A stretch of 64,000 nt of DNA from an uncultured bacterium (GTDB lineage Bacteria; Babelota; Babeliae; Babelales; JACPOV01), in the NCBI GenBank assembly GCA_963744715.1, contig CAVUUR010000006.1, forward strand, positions 64,001 to 128,000, in the 5' to 3' direction. The translations under genes and the position numbers were made by a program. The notes beneath the pieces were generated by a model. The model did not search any database and had not been told where the DNA came from. It saw only the letters and a list, made by a program, of their open reading frames with translations. The number at the start of each line of letters is the position of its first letter. Within the stretch, counting starts at the first letter, position 1. Below, piece after piece: positions 41,149-51,570 of the stretch.

Positions 41149-42633
41149 CTAGAATGAAACGCCAATTTTACCCCAGATATTCCAACGTTCAAGTGAGGTG
41201 TTCAATGAATCAAATTCATAAGAACCGCCTAAGCCAACAAATAGTGGCCAGCACATATCTTCCCAACGATATCCCATGGAACCATAAATAATATGAGAAA
41301 TCGTAGCTGGATGAGCTGCTGAATCAAGGTCAAGATCTTCTGCGCGTATTGCAGTTGCCGTTGTATAAGCAGTGCCTGCACCCGCATTATCATTACCAAT
41401 ATTGCTGAGGCGATTAATATCTACACCATCAGTTGATAAATCAAGAACGGCAGGACCTGGAACAAATGGTCTCTTGAGGGTAACTTTTTCACCTTGACGT
41501 GCCCAGAAGTTATAACCAAGTTCCCCTTGGAATCCACAGCTTTCATATACCAACGCTGCATTAAAGTCTCTGGTAAAACGCGGTTTAACGTTTACTTTTT
41601 GCGTTAAAAGATTGATAAGCTGTGTTGCAAAGGCTATTCCTTCAGCTGCATTAGTTGCATTAGCATAGGCCAAGCAATAACGAGACCATGGACGATATCG
41701 TAAGTCAAAGGAACGAACTTGAGTGTTGCGGAAGAGATAACGACTATTGGTTTCAAATTCTAAATTAATACTTCTGTCACCGCATTCCCAAATTTGTAAT
41801 CCAAATGAACCGCCAAACATAACACCTACGTGATGGTTATTACCAACCATTGGTTCAAACACGTATATACCTCTTGGCTTATTACCAGTAGGAATTACAA
41901 CACCAATATAACCATCGGCATGATAGCATTCTTCATTGGCATAATCATAACCCAATTTAATTTCAATATCAGCTACACCGGTTCTGTGTTTTGCACCATC
42001 AATTCTACCAAATTGAAGGCGATTTATATTTGAGAATGATTGGGTGACGCTCACCGCATTAAAAGGAGCAGCTCCTGGAAGACCCGTTGTTGTTAATCCT
42101 GATTCTGTAATACGCATATCATTACGTACATGCACAATCGGGAATGAAATCTCAAACCACCATTGCTTTTCACAACCGCAATGACCTATATATTGTTTAT
42201 AATCAAACCCAAAACCATACACGGTTTCTTGCGGTCTAAAGATTAAGGTACTGGTATAATTACCCAAAACCTCTGGCGAGATGAAATAATTAACACCAAA
42301 ATTAAGCGGGTTAATATCACGCGCTAAATTATTATCACTGAGGTCACCCCCAACCGTACTTTGGACAAAGAGCGCGTCCTTGCCACCATACATGAAGTAA
42401 CGTGCTAATTTTTTGGCATTCGTTGATCTTCCGCCAAAGGGTACAAATTGCATGGCACCACCCCAACCATTTTCAGCGGCTAACGGTGCATCACGGAACA
42501 TCGTTACACGTTCTGGCATACCGGATTGAAATTGTGGCCGGATCGAATAAAAAGTATGATCGGTTGCATCATTGGCTAATGCCGTTGAAGCCGCAACAAG
42601 CAAAAGTACCGGTATAATTAAATTTTTTCTCAT
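41149..42633 (-). CDS. Putative outer-membrane beta-barrel protein
   Basis: Signal peptide, many amphipathic strands, C-terminal WGKIGVSF Bam-type signature. Confidence 0.75.
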   Translation of the reverse strand: MRKNLIIPVLLLVAASTALANDATDHTFYSIRPQFQSGMPERVTMFRDAPLAAENGWGGAMQFVPFGGRSTNAKKLARYFMYGGKDALFVQSTVGGDLSDNNLARDINPLNFGVNYFISPEVLGNYTSTLIFRPQETVYGFGFDYKQYIGHCGCEKQWWFEISFPIVHVRNDMRITESGLTTTGLPGAAPFNAVSVTQSFSNINRLQFGRIDGAKHRTGVADIEIKLGYDYANEECYHADGYIGVVIPTGNKPRGIYVFEPMVGNNHHVGVMFGGSFGLQIWECGDRSINLEFETNSRYLFRNTQVRSFDLRYRPWSRYCLAYANATNAAEGIAFATQLINLLTQKVNVKPRFTRDFNAALVYESCGFQGELGYNFWARQGEKVTLKRPFVPGPAVLDLSTDGVDINRLSNIGNDNAGAGTAYTTATAIRAEDLDLDSAAHPATISHIIYGSMGYRWEDMCWPLFVGLGGSYEFDSLNTSLERWNIWGKIGVSF

Positions 42634-42958
42634 TAGGAACTCCTTTTTTGAGACTATTAAACATCTTCTATTTTCATCGCGCTTAGTTGAGTTCTAACAA
42701 TTTTGGAATTACATAGTCAATGTTTTTTTTAAATTTTTTCTCCTTTAATAATTTCGAATGATTCATGTAATTTAAAATATCTCATTGCATATGCATCTCC
42801 TTTATTCTTAATAATGTTTTTTTAGGCTATGGTGTTGTTGTAGCATGCGTGTAGCAAATAAGTCAATTGATTAGGTAAAAATATAATCAACTTTTTCAAT
42901 CGTATTTGATAAACTGATATTTTAGATGTTTTTTATATGAGCGACACAAAGGTTTTTT

Positions 42959-44206
42959 ATGATGAATACAATTCGTGGCACACAAGATTTTTTGGATATG
43001 AGCCTTTTTGATTTTATTACCCAAGCAGCCCGCAAACATCTTCAAAATTACCATCACACTGAAATTTCTACCCCCATTTTAGAACCCACAGAATTGTTCA
43101 AACGCTCGTTGGGCCTTCATACTGATGTGGTAAGTAAGGAAATGTTTACCGTACTAGCATCCGGCGATGAACAAATATGTTTGCGCCCTGAAGCTACGGC
43201 ATCAACCATGCGTTGTTTTTTAGAGCATCACGGCCAACTATTAACACCATGGAAAGTATTTTCAATCGGGCCAATGTTCCGCCATGAACGCCCCCAAAAA
43301 GGCCGTTTCAGGCAATTCCATCAAATTAACGTTGAGATTATTGATGCCCCCACGATCACCAACGATGCACTGCTGGTTACGATGCTTGACCGGTTTTTTC
43401 AGCAAACACTCTCCTTGGACACTTTTGCATTAACCATCAACTTTTTAGGATGCCCCGAAGATCGCGCTCAATTTAAAAATAAATTACACACCTTTTTGAC
43501 TAGCATTGGCCAATCAATTTGTGCCAATTGTACCGAGCGTAAAGAAAAAAATATTATGCGCGTATTTGATTGCAAAAATCCAATGTGCCAAGAGCAGTAT
43601 CGAAAAGCTCCGCATATTGCTGATAATCTATGCACGCAATGCGCACAAGAATGGCGTCAGCTCAAAGAACAACTTGAAGCATTATCTGTTTCATATACCT
43701 ATTTGCCAACGCTCGTACGCGGCCTTGATTACTATGATAAAACCGTGTTTGAATTTGTCAGTGGAGCCCTTGGCGCACAAAATGCATTTTGCAGCGGCGG
43801 ACGCTATGACCATTTAGCCGATGTTCTTGGTAGCAAAACCACGTATCCATCATTAGGGGCGGCTCTCGGCATTGAACGATTAATGTTATTACTTGAACCG
43901 CACAAAGACAAGCTAAACATGCCACAACCGCCTGCATTAGCGGTTATTATTCCTTTAGAAAATCCGCAGCATACGTTGGCTTTACTGCTTGCTGATGAAT
44001 TACATGCCAACAATGTTGCAACGGATGTTTTATTAGATGGTTCATTAAAAAGTATGATGCGAAAAGCCAATAAAATGGGTGCGCAGCATGTCATACTTAT
44101 TGGTTCAGAAGAGCAAGCTGCCGGCACCGTAGTACTAAAAAATATGATTACGGGGCAGGAAGAGCGAATTGCTCAACGGGACGTGATTACGCATTTAAAA
44201 AAATAA
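42959..44206 (+). CDS. hisS: Histidine--tRNA ligase
   Basis: IRGTQD, LRPEATA, FRHERPQKGRFRQFHQ, LVRGLDYY, GGRYD, GIERL. Confidence 0.98.
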   Translation: MMNTIRGTQDFLDMSLFDFITQAARKHLQNYHHTEISTPILEPTELFKRSLGLHTDVVSKEMFTVLASGDEQICLRPEATASTMRCFLEHHGQLLTPWKVFSIGPMFRHERPQKGRFRQFHQINVEIIDAPTITNDALLVTMLDRFFQQTLSLDTFALTINFLGCPEDRAQFKNKLHTFLTSIGQSICANCTERKEKNIMRVFDCKNPMCQEQYRKAPHIADNLCTQCAQEWRQLKEQLEALSVSYTYLPTLVRGLDYYDKTVFEFVSGALGAQNAFCSGGRYDHLADVLGSKTTYPSLGAALGIERLMLLLEPHKDKLNMPQPPALAVIIPLENPQHTLALLLADELHANNVATDVLLDGSLKSMMRKANKMGAQHVILIGSEEQAAGTVVLKNMITGQEERIAQRDVITHLKK

Positions 44207-44236
44207 AGAGAGCAGATATTAATCACGCTCTCTTTA
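44204..44236. terminator. Hairpin between convergent hisS and the MNYVRF array
   Basis: taaagagagc...gctctcttta 10-bp stem. Confidence 0.65.
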
Positions 44237-44259
44237 TGTAATCTATAGAATATAGTTTA

Positions 44260-45132
44260 TTAATCTAGCCCTAACTCGCTGATAGCCTCATTAACAAGGC
44301 GATTCTGTTCCTTGTCCTTATTTTCTAAAGCTTTAGCTCTGTATTTATAAGCAAGAGCACCTAATGCTCCAACTGCAGCTAACGCACCAACGCCATATAC
44401 TATTTTTGAGTTTGGCACTATGCTTTGCATCGTAGGTAACGCAGGTAATTTTCCAGCAACGGCACCAGCTTGTTGCGCAATCCAACTACCAACATTTGAT
44501 ACTAATGTTTTGCCATGAGAAGCTATTGTTCCTAGTAGTTCAGGTTTGCAATAATCCAACAACGCTATACCAGAAGTTGTTGTAGCTAATGCACCAGTTC
44601 CAATAACTAATTTTGGATTACTGATTGTTACTGATTGCTGAATCTTCTGTATATAGTTGCTCATAACTTTTGAACATTTGTTCATTAAACCTGTTTTATA
44701 GATTGCGTAGCAAACACCACCAACTACAACAAAACCAACAACGCCTTGTGCTGCTAAGTAAAAATAGGCATGATCTTTGGTTAATTGCGTAAACTTGCTA
44801 CCAAATTCTTTGCTTAATCCAACAACAAAATCCGTGCTTTGTTTAAATATTTCTTGTACCTTCGCTACAAGATTTGCTTGTTGCGCAGCACTTATTTTTG
44901 GTAACTCTTCAGTTACAGTTGATTGCGCTACATTAGAAGCTTCATTAACAACTTTAGCAACGTTTGTAACAGCTGTTGCAACGGTATTGTTAACAGGAAC
45001 TAAGGATTCCTGTTCTACTGAAAGATTTCCTAGATCTGCATTTACCGAAGCAAGCCAATCCGCCTGAACTGGTAATTGTGCGCATGCAATACTCACGAGC
45101 ATTACACGAGCTATAAAACGTACATAATTCAT
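44260..45132 (-). CDS. MNYVRF-leader membrane protein, paralogue array B member 1
   Basis: Signal peptide MNYVRFIARVML; several Gly/Ala-rich hydrophobic segments. Confidence 0.85.
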   Translation of the reverse strand: MNYVRFIARVMLVSIACAQLPVQADWLASVNADLGNLSVEQESLVPVNNTVATAVTNVAKVVNEASNVAQSTVTEELPKISAAQQANLVAKVQEIFKQSTDFVVGLSKEFGSKFTQLTKDHAYFYLAAQGVVGFVVVGGVCYAIYKTGLMNKCSKVMSNYIQKIQQSVTISNPKLVIGTGALATTTSGIALLDYCKPELLGTIASHGKTLVSNVGSWIAQQAGAVAGKLPALPTMQSIVPNSKIVYGVGALAAVGALGALAYKYRAKALENKDKEQNRLVNEAISELGLD

Positions 45133-45192
45133 AAAATAACCTCCGTTATAATTAATAAAAAATAACTGAATAAAACGTCATATAACAAAATA

Positions 45193-45720
45193 TTAATAAC
45201 CACGCACACAATCATTAACAATCAATCCGATCAATCCGAGAGATAAACAAGAATTTACAAATAGACCATAGGTATCAATACATTTTGCAACAAATCCAGC
45301 AACAAAAAAAGGCAATGCATCGGGATGCTTGTCTATAAATTGTTTGTACTGTAAGCCGATATTATCCAGCAAGGTAATAGTGGAATTCGCGCCTTGTTTA
45401 TATAATGCTTTTCCTTTATTGACACCTTGTGCATATAATTCCTGCATTTTTTTTACAAAAGCTTCACGCTGTTCAGCGCTAACCATATTTGCTAGTTGTT
45501 CACCAATAGACTGGCTTGCAGGAACTACTACTGTTGAATCAACTTCAGCAGGCGCTACCTTTGTATCCTGTACAACTGCTTGAGTCGTATTTGCATCAGA
45601 AACTACAGCCTCTTCAACCTGAATAATCACTGCAGGATTTTCTTCAGCTGCCTTGATAGATAATTGCGTAGATGCAACACTAAGAAGCATTACACCGGCC
45701 ATAAAACGTACATAATTCAT
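45193..45720 (-). CDS. MNYVRF-leader protein, array B member 2
   Basis: Start reassigned to MNYVRF (GGAGG RBS); C-terminal hydrophobic pair. Confidence 0.85.
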   Translation of the reverse strand: MNYVRFMAGVMLLSVASTQLSIKAAEENPAVIIQVEEAVVSDANTTQAVVQDTKVAPAEVDSTVVVPASQSIGEQLANMVSAEQREAFVKKMQELYAQGVNKGKALYKQGANSTITLLDNIGLQYKQFIDKHPDALPFFVAGFVAKCIDTYGLFVNSCLSLGLIGLIVNDCVRGY

Positions 45721-45767
45721 ATAACCTCCATTTGTGTATATATCTAAATCTTTGTAGCCACCTGGCA

Positions 45768-46271
45768 TTATAAACTACTAATAATAAGGCATGCTGGTAT
45801 GAAACGAGACAATGGTGCAAAAGGAGGCACTTTTGTCATAGCAAGGAATAAATCATACATCGCAGCTTGTAGTAGTAATGTATTAGCCCTACCGTTTAAT
45901 TCAACGCCAGTAATTTTTTTTGCTAAAATAATTCCAGTAACCAATGTAAACATTGGATGAGTGTCTACGAACTCTGCGAAATTTTCGCCAAATTTTTGCA
46001 TTTTTTTTACAAAAGCTTCACGCTGTTCCACGCTAACCATATTTGCCAATTGTTCACCAATAGATTGGCTTGCAGGAACTACTACTGTTGAATCAACTTC
46101 AGCAGGCGCTACCTGGGTATCCTCTACAACTATTTGAGTAGTATTTTCAGAAACTGCAGTATCTTCAACCTGAGTAATCACTGCAGGATTTTCTTCTGCT
46201 GCTTTAATAGATAATTGCGCAGATGCAACACTAAGAAGCATTACACCGGCTAGAAAACGTACATAATTCAT
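45768..46271 (-). CDS. MNYVRF-leader protein, array B member 3
   Basis: First about 90 aa near-identical to member 2. Confidence 0.85.
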   Translation of the reverse strand: MNYVRFLAGVMLLSVASAQLSIKAAEENPAVITQVEDTAVSENTTQIVVEDTQVAPAEVDSTVVVPASQSIGEQLANMVSVEQREAFVKKMQKFGENFAEFVDTHPMFTLVTGIILAKKITGVELNGRANTLLLQAAMYDLFLAMTKVPPFAPLSRFIPACLIISSL

Positions 46272-46310
46272 ATAAATATAACCTCCATTTATACGTAAAA
46301 AACTCTAAAA

Positions 46311-47117
46311 TTATTCTTGGGTGAAAGAAAAAGCGCCCATTAAACGCTTCGTCAGCCCATTAACATCTACCGTTATGGTAGGTAATTTTTGCATAAGATC
46401 GCTACCAACTTTTGATAATGAGGCTAAAGCATCAGAAGCTAACTTGGTTGTAAATGCTGGTGCGTTAGAAATTACCTTAGTTGCAAATTCAGGATTAATT
46501 GCGGCCACTAGTGCTGCTGCACCAATGAGACCCGCTGTCACCGCTAATGTTGAACGCAATCGCAACGGTGATTTTTTTATTATTGCTTGGACCAATCCTG
46601 TCTTGTAAATTGCATAGCAGATGCCACCAATAACAACGTAACCAACAACACCTTTTGCAGCTAAATAATAGTCCGGATTATCTTTGGTTAATTGGGTAAA
46701 TTTTTCGCCAAATTCTTTGCGTAATGAACCAACAAAATCCGCACCTTGTTGATACAATGCTTGTCCCTGATTCATACTTTCTGTGTATAATTCTTTTACT
46801 GTGCTTACGAACGCTTCATACTGTTCTTTACTAAACATACTTGCTGGCTGTTCACTGAAAGATTGCTGTGTAGGGGCTTCAGGAAATTCGAGTTCACTAA
46901 CTTTACGAGAAAACTCTTTCCCATCACATTTACGAAAATTTTCTTCAAATTCATTAAAAACAGTTTGGACTGGTGTCTCGTGTTGATTAATTTTTTCTAA
47001 TTTTGCTTCTGATAGTACTTCTTCTAGAACAGTTTTTTCACCTTCTGCTTGTGCAGGTAATTGAACACATGCAAGGCTAACCAACGTTGCGGCAGTTATA
47101 AAACGTACATAATTCAT
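46311..47117 (-). CDS. MNYVRF-leader protein, array B member 4
   Basis: Shares blocks with members 1 and 2. Confidence 0.85.
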   Translation of the reverse strand: MNYVRFITAATLVSLACVQLPAQAEGEKTVLEEVLSEAKLEKINQHETPVQTVFNEFEENFRKCDGKEFSRKVSELEFPEAPTQQSFSEQPASMFSKEQYEAFVSTVKELYTESMNQGQALYQQGADFVGSLRKEFGEKFTQLTKDNPDYYLAAKGVVGYVVIGGICYAIYKTGLVQAIIKKSPLRLRSTLAVTAGLIGAAALVAAINPEFATKVISNAPAFTTKLASDALASLSKVGSDLMQKLPTITVDVNGLTKRLMGAFSFTQE

Positions 47118-47222
47118 AAATATCTCCATCTATATAGAGTGATGTAAAGGGATAATAACTATTATATTCTCTACTATAAATTATTTGATCTTCTTGTCAA
47201 CTGGGGGGAGGCAGAACATAGG

Positions 47223-47870
47223 CTATCTAAACCATATTCTCATCAGATAAAACAGGGGTGTCGTTAACAAAATACTATCGAAACGATCGAGTAAGCCGCC
47301 GTGACCACGTAAAAGTGTTCCAGCATCTTTAATACCGGCTTTTCGTTTAAGCCATGATTCTAATAAATCGCCTAAGGTTGCCGCGGTGGTAATGACCAAC
47401 CCCACAAAAGGCAGTTGCCACCACCCTATTGCTATAGTGCCTACCGATGTAGTGACAAAAAGGACTATCAACGTCGCTAAAAACCCACCGCAAAAACCTT
47501 CCCATGTTTTTTTGGGGCTAATAGTTGGCGCCATGCGATGCTTACCGCACCACGACCCAATCAGATATGCGCCCGTATCATGGCTAAAAACTATAATAAA
47601 AAGCAGCATAAGGGGCTGACGATCTAAAGGAGTTTGATTCATTACCATAAGAAGCGAAAATGGAACCATAATATATCCAATGGTTAATATGCTTGCCCAC
47701 ACTAACGAGCGCGGGCACAGCCGCGGCCACTCAACAACAAGAATAATGGCTGCAATGGCCACTAACAATAATGAAAAAACATAGGCTGGCAATAACAATA
47801 AAACGGCAAAGAAAAAACTTCCGCATACTAAGCCCGTGACAGTTCTATGTATGAGTGCCGATTGTTTCAT
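47223..47870 (-). CDS. cdsA: Phosphatidate cytidylyltransferase
   Basis: DTGAY..G, ISPKKTWEG, GDLLESWLKRKAGIKDAG..GHGGLLDRFDS. Confidence 0.96.
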   Translation of the reverse strand: MKQSALIHRTVTGLVCGSFFFAVLLLLPAYVFSLLLVAIAAIILVVEWPRLCPRSLVWASILTIGYIMVPFSLLMVMNQTPLDRQPLMLLFIIVFSHDTGAYLIGSWCGKHRMAPTISPKKTWEGFCGGFLATLIVLFVTTSVGTIAIGWWQLPFVGLVITTAATLGDLLESWLKRKAGIKDAGTLLRGHGGLLDRFDSILLTTPLFYLMRIWFR

Positions 47871-47872
47871 AA

Positions 47873-48253
47873 CTATTCTTCGCTTGCAGGAACAAAAGCA
47901 TTAGGAATATAGGTTAAATTATAATTGCCGGGAGAACCTTCTAATAATGCAAGGTCAAAACGGTACACCATAGTATCGTAGTGATGATGCGCTATATACT
48001 GCTTTGCCGTCAAAATTATTTTTTTTTGTTTTGAAAGCGTAACAACCGTAGATAGATTAAAGTAATTGGCAGTACGGGTCTTTACCTCAACAAAAATAAG
48101 CACATTACTACGTATTGCTATAAGATCAATTTCACCATATTTTTTGCGATAATTTCGTTCTAAAATCGTAAAATGTTCCTGCTGCAACCATGTAGAAACA
48201 TAGTACTCACCCTGGGAACCAATGGTTGTACGTATATTAGAATCGGTCAACAT
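47873..48253 (-). CDS. yraN: YraN/UPF0102 family endonuclease-like protein
   Basis: ILERNYR..GEIDLIA..LIFVEVKTR..RFD..NAF. Confidence 0.92.
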   Translation of the reverse strand: MLTDSNIRTTIGSQGEYYVSTWLQQEHFTILERNYRKKYGEIDLIAIRSNVLIFVEVKTRTANYFNLSTVVTLSKQKKIILTAKQYIAHHHYDTMVYRFDLALLEGSPGNYNLTYIPNAFVPASEE

Positions 48254-49196
48254 GACTTTTTTTTGCTTTATATTCAGCTACCGCCGTAGCATAGGTAGGA
48301 AATTTAGCAGTAAGTTCTTCCCGTTTTGCAGTTACTAATGGAGCATCACCTTCTATTTGGGCAAGTGCAATCTCCAACTCTATAATGCGATGTTCAAATT
48401 GGCTCATTACCGGCTGAAACTCTTTTTTTAAGTCACGCAAGCGCGCTTCTGCTTTTTGCCCTTGTTTACTATAAAAGGTAAGAATATTTGCTTCATGAGT
48501 AAAGAGATGATCAAAGCAGGTATTTTGAATTTTTTGAACTTCATCAATATATTTAGCGTACCCATTCTCCTTATTTAAATATGATAGGGTTATTTCAATG
48601 GTTCTCCTTGTTTTACTTTGATCAACATCTGGTTTTAAACAGGCGTAAAAACGGCATAAAATTTTTTTATACTGTACATATTCTGCTTGTTCTTTATCGC
48701 AACCAGGATACAGCGTAAGATACTCATCGTATAGATTGTCCGCTCGCGTGAAATCCCCTTTTTCAAAATGTATATCAGCTAACTCAAGGCGCAATATGCG
48801 CACTTCTTCATCTTGATTTCCTTGATGCTCACTTCCTTTCACAAAAATCGCCCGCTCAATTATTTTAGATGCATTATCGTATAATTTATGATCGAGAGCA
48901 TATTTCTGAGCGGTTTGCAATTCATCATCATTCATTTGTTTAGGTGATTTCTTTAATAAACTCGTTTTTTGGTACTGCTCGCGTTGTTTATTTTGTTGTT
49001 TTTTTCTCCGCTCATCGCGCGCAGCCTTACGCTCTTGTCGGTCAGACTTTCGCTCTTGGTGCATTTGCTTTTTTTTCATAGTTTTTTGTTGTTGCCCCGA
49101 TGGTGTTTGAATGGTATACGATGAACATTCAGTACGAACCATGATAGTAATGACAACAATAAGCAGCGATAAAAATTTGAAAAAAATCATAGGCAT
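48237..49196 (-). CDS. bamD: Outer membrane assembly factor BamD-like TPR protein with charged N-terminal extension
   Basis: LELADIHF..YDEYLTLYPG..AEYVQY..DVDQSKT..HEANI..FY. Confidence 0.75.
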   Translation of the reverse strand: MPMIFFKFLSLLIVVITIMVRTECSSYTIQTPSGQQQKTMKKKQMHQERKSDRQERKAARDERRKKQQNKQREQYQKTSLLKKSPKQMNDDELQTAQKYALDHKLYDNASKIIERAIFVKGSEHQGNQDEEVRILRLELADIHFEKGDFTRADNLYDEYLTLYPGCDKEQAEYVQYKKILCRFYACLKPDVDQSKTRRTIEITLSYLNKENGYAKYIDEVQKIQNTCFDHLFTHEANILTFYSKQGQKAEARLRDLKKEFQPVMSQFEHRIIELEIALAQIEGDAPLVTAKREELTAKFPTYATAVAEYKAKKSHVDRF

Positions 49197-49355
49197 AAAT
49201 CTTATAGATGGTTTTTAGATATTTCATTATTATTTATACTATCATATACCAATAAGGTCATCAAGTAAGTTTGAATCGCTATCAACCTCTCCATAACTAT
49301 GTTATGTTGAGAATAAAAAATATTTTGGTCAGTGTTACCATGGAGTTTTGACACC

Positions 49356-51065
49356 ATGAAAAAGAAAGATATTGGAGAAATTCTTGTTGATGAAGGTGTT
49401 ATCACTAAGCAACAACTAACTATATGTTATCAAGTAAAACAGCAAACCGGGCAGAGTTTACAAGATTGCTTGCGCGAACATAATTTCTCTTCATCTGAAT
49501 CTATAGCAAAGGCATATGCCACATTGATTGGTGTTGAATATATTAATAAAATAACTGAAAAAATGGCTGACCCTAATCTATTGGCACAAATTCCTCTTAA
49601 ATTTTTACGTGCCAATGTGGTTATTCCTGTGATGATTAGTGATCAATTAACCCTTATCACGGCAAATCCTCATAATTTTCAACCCCTTGATGAGTTAACC
49701 ATGCTGCTCGGTGGCAATGCAGTAATTGCCGTATCAACAAGCGATACCATTCTTGATGCTATCAATCGCTATTATCCCCTTGAAGGCGCCAAGCAGATGA
49801 TTGAAGAGCTTGAGGAAGAAAAAGGATTACCAGAAGTTAGCTTTGGTGAGATAGAAGAAAAAGATATTTTAACCATGGCAAGCGAAGCACCCATCATAAA
49901 ATTGGTTAACCATATTTTAGTGCAAGCCGTTAAGCGCGGCGCCTCCGATATACATATTGAACCTTTTGAAAAAGAAGTACGAGTTCGCTATCGCATCGAT
50001 GGTATTATGTACAATGCCTTTAATCCCCCAAAAAGATTACAAGCAGCACTGACTTCACGCGTTAAAATTATGGCGGATTTAAATATAGCTGAAAAAAGAA
50101 AAACGCAGGATGGTCGTATCGAAATTAAAGTTGCTGATAAAGCAATCGACATTCGTGTTTCGGTATTGCCGGTTGTTTTCGGAGAACGGGTTGTAATGCG
50201 TTTACTTGATAAAACGAGAACATTTTCAAAACTTAAAGACCTCGGATTTAGTCAACGAGATTATGCGGTTATTGAAAAAAGTATCGCTCGACCCAACGGT
50301 ATCATTTTTGTTTCTGGTCCTACCGGTTCAGGTAAAACATCTACTTTGTATTCAATATTGACTGAATTAAACTCATCAGAAGTTAATATTGTTACCGTTG
50401 AAGATCCGGTTGAATATCAAATGCCTGGCATTGGCCAAGTGCAAGTGAAGGAAAACATAGGGCTTACTTTTGCCGCTGCATTACGTTCAATTTTGCGACA
50501 AGATCCGGATATTATCATGATCGGTGAAACGCGTGACGAAGAAACGGCACAAATTGCTATACAAGCAGCACTTACCGGCCACCTAGTGCTCAGTACTATT
50601 CATACCAATAATGCTCCCGCAACCATTACACGCTTAATCGATATGGGCATAGAACCTTTCTTAATTTCTTCATCGGTAGTGGCAATTTTAGCACAGCGAT
50701 TGGTAAGAAAATTGTGTCCTTTGTGTAAAGTTGAATATAAACCATCCCTTGAACAAATACAAAGTATTGGCCTGACTAAACATGAAGCTGATCAGATAAC
50801 TTTTTTTAAACCAGTTGGTTGTGAAGAGTGCAATATGACCGGATATAAAGGGCGTATGGCAGTTTTTGAAATTATGGAAATAACCAATGCCATTGCTAAA
50901 CTAACCATGGAACGCGCTAATATGTCAGTCATCCGCAAGCAAGCTGTTGCCGAGGGAATGACCTTACTTATTCAAGATGGTATCAGAAAAATTAAAGACG
51001 GTTTGACAACAATACAGGAAGTGGTGCGTGTTGCTGCATCTGAGGAAGAATTAGTTGATGAATGA
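49356..51065 (+). CDS. gspE: Type II secretion/type IV pilus assembly ATPase (GspE/PilB)
   Basis: ASDIHIEP, GPTGSGKT, VEDPVEY, LRQDPDIIMIGE, TGHLVLSTIHTN, CxxC..CxxC. Confidence 0.93.
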   Translation: MKKKDIGEILVDEGVITKQQLTICYQVKQQTGQSLQDCLREHNFSSSESIAKAYATLIGVEYINKITEKMADPNLLAQIPLKFLRANVVIPVMISDQLTLITANPHNFQPLDELTMLLGGNAVIAVSTSDTILDAINRYYPLEGAKQMIEELEEEKGLPEVSFGEIEEKDILTMASEAPIIKLVNHILVQAVKRGASDIHIEPFEKEVRVRYRIDGIMYNAFNPPKRLQAALTSRVKIMADLNIAEKRKTQDGRIEIKVADKAIDIRVSVLPVVFGERVVMRLLDKTRTFSKLKDLGFSQRDYAVIEKSIARPNGIIFVSGPTGSGKTSTLYSILTELNSSEVNIVTVEDPVEYQMPGIGQVQVKENIGLTFAAALRSILRQDPDIIMIGETRDEETAQIAIQAALTGHLVLSTIHTNNAPATITRLIDMGIEPFLISSSVVAILAQRLVRKLCPLCKVEYKPSLEQIQSIGLTKHEADQITFFKPVGCEECNMTGYKGRMAVFEIMEITNAIAKLTMERANMSVIRKQAVAEGMTLLIQDGIRKIKDGLTTIQEVVRVAASEEELVDE

Positions 51066-51570
51066 GCAACAACGTGAAAAAAATGGTTTTTCGTTAATTA
51101 CAATCATTATAATCCTAGCGCTCGTAGCATTATTAGTTAGTATTTCGTTGCCACGACTTTCTTTTATCCATCATTATATGCTTCGCTCAGAACTTGAAAA
51201 AATGCGCATGATCATTATGTATACGCATCAAAAAGCCATAGCCGGCAATCGGCAGCAGATTATTACCCTTGATAGCACCCATCATGCATATAATATTACC
51301 GATAGTAATGAACCATTATCCTCATGGGTTCAATTTGGCTTTTTACCCCATAGTTATGGACCGCCATCAAACCCGACCATGCCCCTGAAAACAGCTATTA
51401 CGTTTGTTAATAACAAAATAATATGTTATCCGGATGGAACTATTTCAGCAGGATCAATGTATCTTGTTGATTGTAATAAAAAGTATATGTACGTACTCAC
51501 GTGTCCCGTTGATGATATTAACTATTTACGCATCTATAAATACGATCAAAGGTGGGTACCCATATCATGA
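51055..51570 (+). CDS. Pseudopilin/minor pilin-like protein (GspH/FimT-like)
   Basis: NGFSLITIIIILALVALLVSISLP prepilin-like helix (E5 replaced by T). Confidence 0.75.
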   Translation: MMNEQQREKNGFSLITIIIILALVALLVSISLPRLSFIHHYMLRSELEKMRMIIMYTHQKAIAGNRQQIITLDSTHHAYNITDSNEPLSSWVQFGFLPHSYGPPSNPTMPLKTAITFVNNKIICYPDGTISAGSMYLVDCNKKYMYVLTCPVDDINYLRIYKYDQRWVPIS

